A stretch of 64,000 nt of DNA from Octopus sinensis (lineage: Eukaryota): positions 51,646,001-51,710,000 of the forward strand of contig NC_043010.1 in the NCBI RefSeq assembly GCF_006345805.1, read 5' to 3'. The position numbers were made by a program, and so were the translations under genes. Each line of letters begins with the position of its first letter. Positions within the stretch are counted from its first letter, which is position 1. The notes beneath the pieces are model-generated. The model was not told the origin of the DNA and did not search any database. It saw only the letters and a list, made by a program, of their open reading frames with translations. Positions 61,954-64,000 of this stretch are shown in pieces.

Positions 61954-62010
61954 GGGTGAGAGAATTAGATACTAATTTAATGATTAAATTAGTATCTAAT
62001 TCTCTCACCC
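61954..62010. repeat. Perfect 28-bp-arm palindrome
   Basis: gggtgagagaattagatactaatttaat-g-attaaattagtatctaattctctcaccc. Confidence 0.95.
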
Positions 62011-62235
62011 TATTAATAATTATATATATATATATATATTCATAGTAAAAACAATAAAGATGGAGTTAGTGATATTAATTAATACATTGTTTAGAATCAT
62101 ATTGCCAATTTATATTTTAACCAATCTTGTATCTTGTTCATTAACATGTCAGCAATTATTGATTTAGTCTTATTCTTTGAGTAAAATGTTCTTTCTTGGT
62201 GTATAAAGGAATTGATTCCTCAGAACATTAGTGCC

Positions 62236-62437
62236 TGACTGGCCCTTGTGCCGGTGGAATGTAAAAGCACTCACTACACTCTCAGGATTGTTGGTGTTAG
62301 GAAGGGCATCCAGCTGTAGAATTCTGCCAGATCAGATTGGAGCCTGTTGCCGCCATCTGGTTCGCCAGTCCTCAGTCAAATTGTCCAACCCATGCTAGCA
62401 TGGAAAGTAGACATTAAACGATGATGATGATGATGAT
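62236..62437 (+). mobile_element. RTE 3'-tail copy
   Basis: Same tail as 2690-3057, ending (GAT)n. Confidence 0.8.
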
Positions 62438-62624
62438 ATATATATATATATTGTTACTATTATGCAAAAGTGTCATAAGTCCAAAAAGTTGCTTTTTCAG
62501 AAAACGAAAAAATAGTTTCACCATTCCATTTCTTTTTACATTAGCAACAGTTTCAGCTTAACAATAATACTTTGTTGGGTGCATTAAATCATAACTCCAT
62601 GCATGTATGATATTTTCAGTCAGA

Positions 62625-62830
62625 AATTTTCCATAAGGGCAGCAATTTTGGGGAAGGGGATGAGTCGATTACATTGACCCCCAGTGTGTAACTGGTACTT
62701 ATTTTATCATCCCTAAAGAATGAAAGGCAAAGTTGACCTTGGTGGAATTTGAACTCAGAATGTAAAGACAGATGAAATGCCACTAAGCATTTTGCCCGGC
62801 ATGCTAATGATTCTACCAGTTCACTGCCTT
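62625..62830 (-). mobile_element. SINE family B
   Basis: Same motifs as the 56160-57335 cluster. Confidence 0.8.
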
Positions 62831-63541
62831 AATACTAATATTACTACTACTACTAATAAATAAGTAAATATACAGATATATATACAGATATATATGGTCC
62901 AGGCATTACTTTACACATGCAAGGCTTTTATATAGCATTACATGACGCTACAGCATGTTCTTTTTTGACTTTTTGTTGTTTTTTTTTAATGTGACAATAT
63001 CTTTGAGCAGCCAATGCAAAGCGAAATAAATAATAAAGAAAAAAACACAAATAATCAAAACTGCAAGACATTGAGATAGCAATATTAGTAAACAATTATA
63101 TATATAACAAACAAAAAAAACATTAAAAAAAATTAATTGTTTTCAAGACAAACAGCCAGATTGATAGAACAGGTATTATTTTGCTCATAAATAGAAGTGT
63201 GTATATACATACATATAGTATATAATATTATATATCTATATCTATATCTATATATATATAAATATTTAATATGCAGGCTCTCCGTCGCCTGCAATTATTA
63301 GGATTCTAGTTGATTCGATCAACAGAACAGCCTGCTTGTGAAATTAATGTGCAAGTGGCTGAGCACTCCACAGACATGCATACCCTTAATATAGTTCTTA
63401 AGGAGATTCAGCAAGACACAGGATGTGACAAGGATGTACAATTTATCTTTCGTCAGCTGACACTGGATATTTAATTTATATATATATATATCACTAGCCA
63501 CTACACAATCTTTATTTTCTTTCCTTGTTTCTTTCTGTGTT

Positions 63542-63579
63542 CCTTGCTGCAGAAGAGCGTAGGCTCGAAACGTTAAAGA
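63542..63579 (+). ncRNA. Minimal hammerhead-like motif, GAGC-GTAG-GCTC family
   Basis: CCTTG-CTGCAGA-A-GAGC(GTAG)GCTC-GAAAC-GTT|AAAGA. Confidence 0.55.
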
Positions 63580-64000
63580 CTTTTTCACTTCCTAAGCGTT
63601 ATACATCTGTTTCTTGTCTACACCACCTGTCTTCGTCTTTTGCTTTTTTTGTAAATTCTCCCTATATATATATATATATATATTTTGAAAAAAGGTTATA
63701 GGCCACTAGCCATTAAGGTCTGATGAGATGTAGGCTAAGCTAAGCACTTTATGGATGCAAAACCCTGGGTAATCCTATGAACCAGCCATAACTACCTTTC
63801 TCTAAATATATATATATATATATATGAAATCTTCTATCTCCATGGTGTGACAAATGTGTGTTTACTAAAAATACAAGCTTATAAAATTTACTGTATCATT
63901 AAATTACTTATTTTTAATCCATTATAGTAATATTATTATAATTAATAATATACAATTAATTTTGATTTTTTCTGTTCTTTTTTATTTTATTTCTCTCCTC

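Noticed and set aside
63716-63775. CTGATGAG ... CAAAACCCTGGGTA
   Set aside because: GAAA is mutated and stem II does not pair convincingly; too degenerate to call.

Overview
Repeat-dense, AT-rich animal genomic DNA. The SINE and RTE repertoire looks like a coleoid cephalopod, probably Octopus (inference, not verified). Two host genes converge. On the + strand are the last exons of an unidentified gene (603-617 microexon, 1676-1720, 6469-6636). On the - strand are seven cleanly splicing exons (53002 to 42913) encoding the C-terminal part of an extended-SDR / NAD-dependent epimerase-dehydratase-like protein. The rest is mostly mobile DNA: a 5'-truncated RTE LINE with a tandemly expanded 3' end (10576-15732), a fragmented Ty3/Gypsy element, CR1, RTE and R4-like remnants, several tRNA-SINE families, piggyBac-, pogo-, mariner- and hAT-type MITEs, Helitron-like short elements, micro- and minisatellites, and long AT-rich foldbacks. 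The main signal not captured by the ORF track is about ten type I hammerhead-ribozyme motifs from roughly seven sequence families. Two have fully intact cores (5655-5745 on -, 43716-43779 on +). The second sits at the junction of a 504-nt, 1.3-copy tandem unit with retrozyme / Penelope pseudo-LTR architecture. Most long ORFs in the track are microsatellite artefacts. All annotation was done by eye, and repeat boundaries are approximate.
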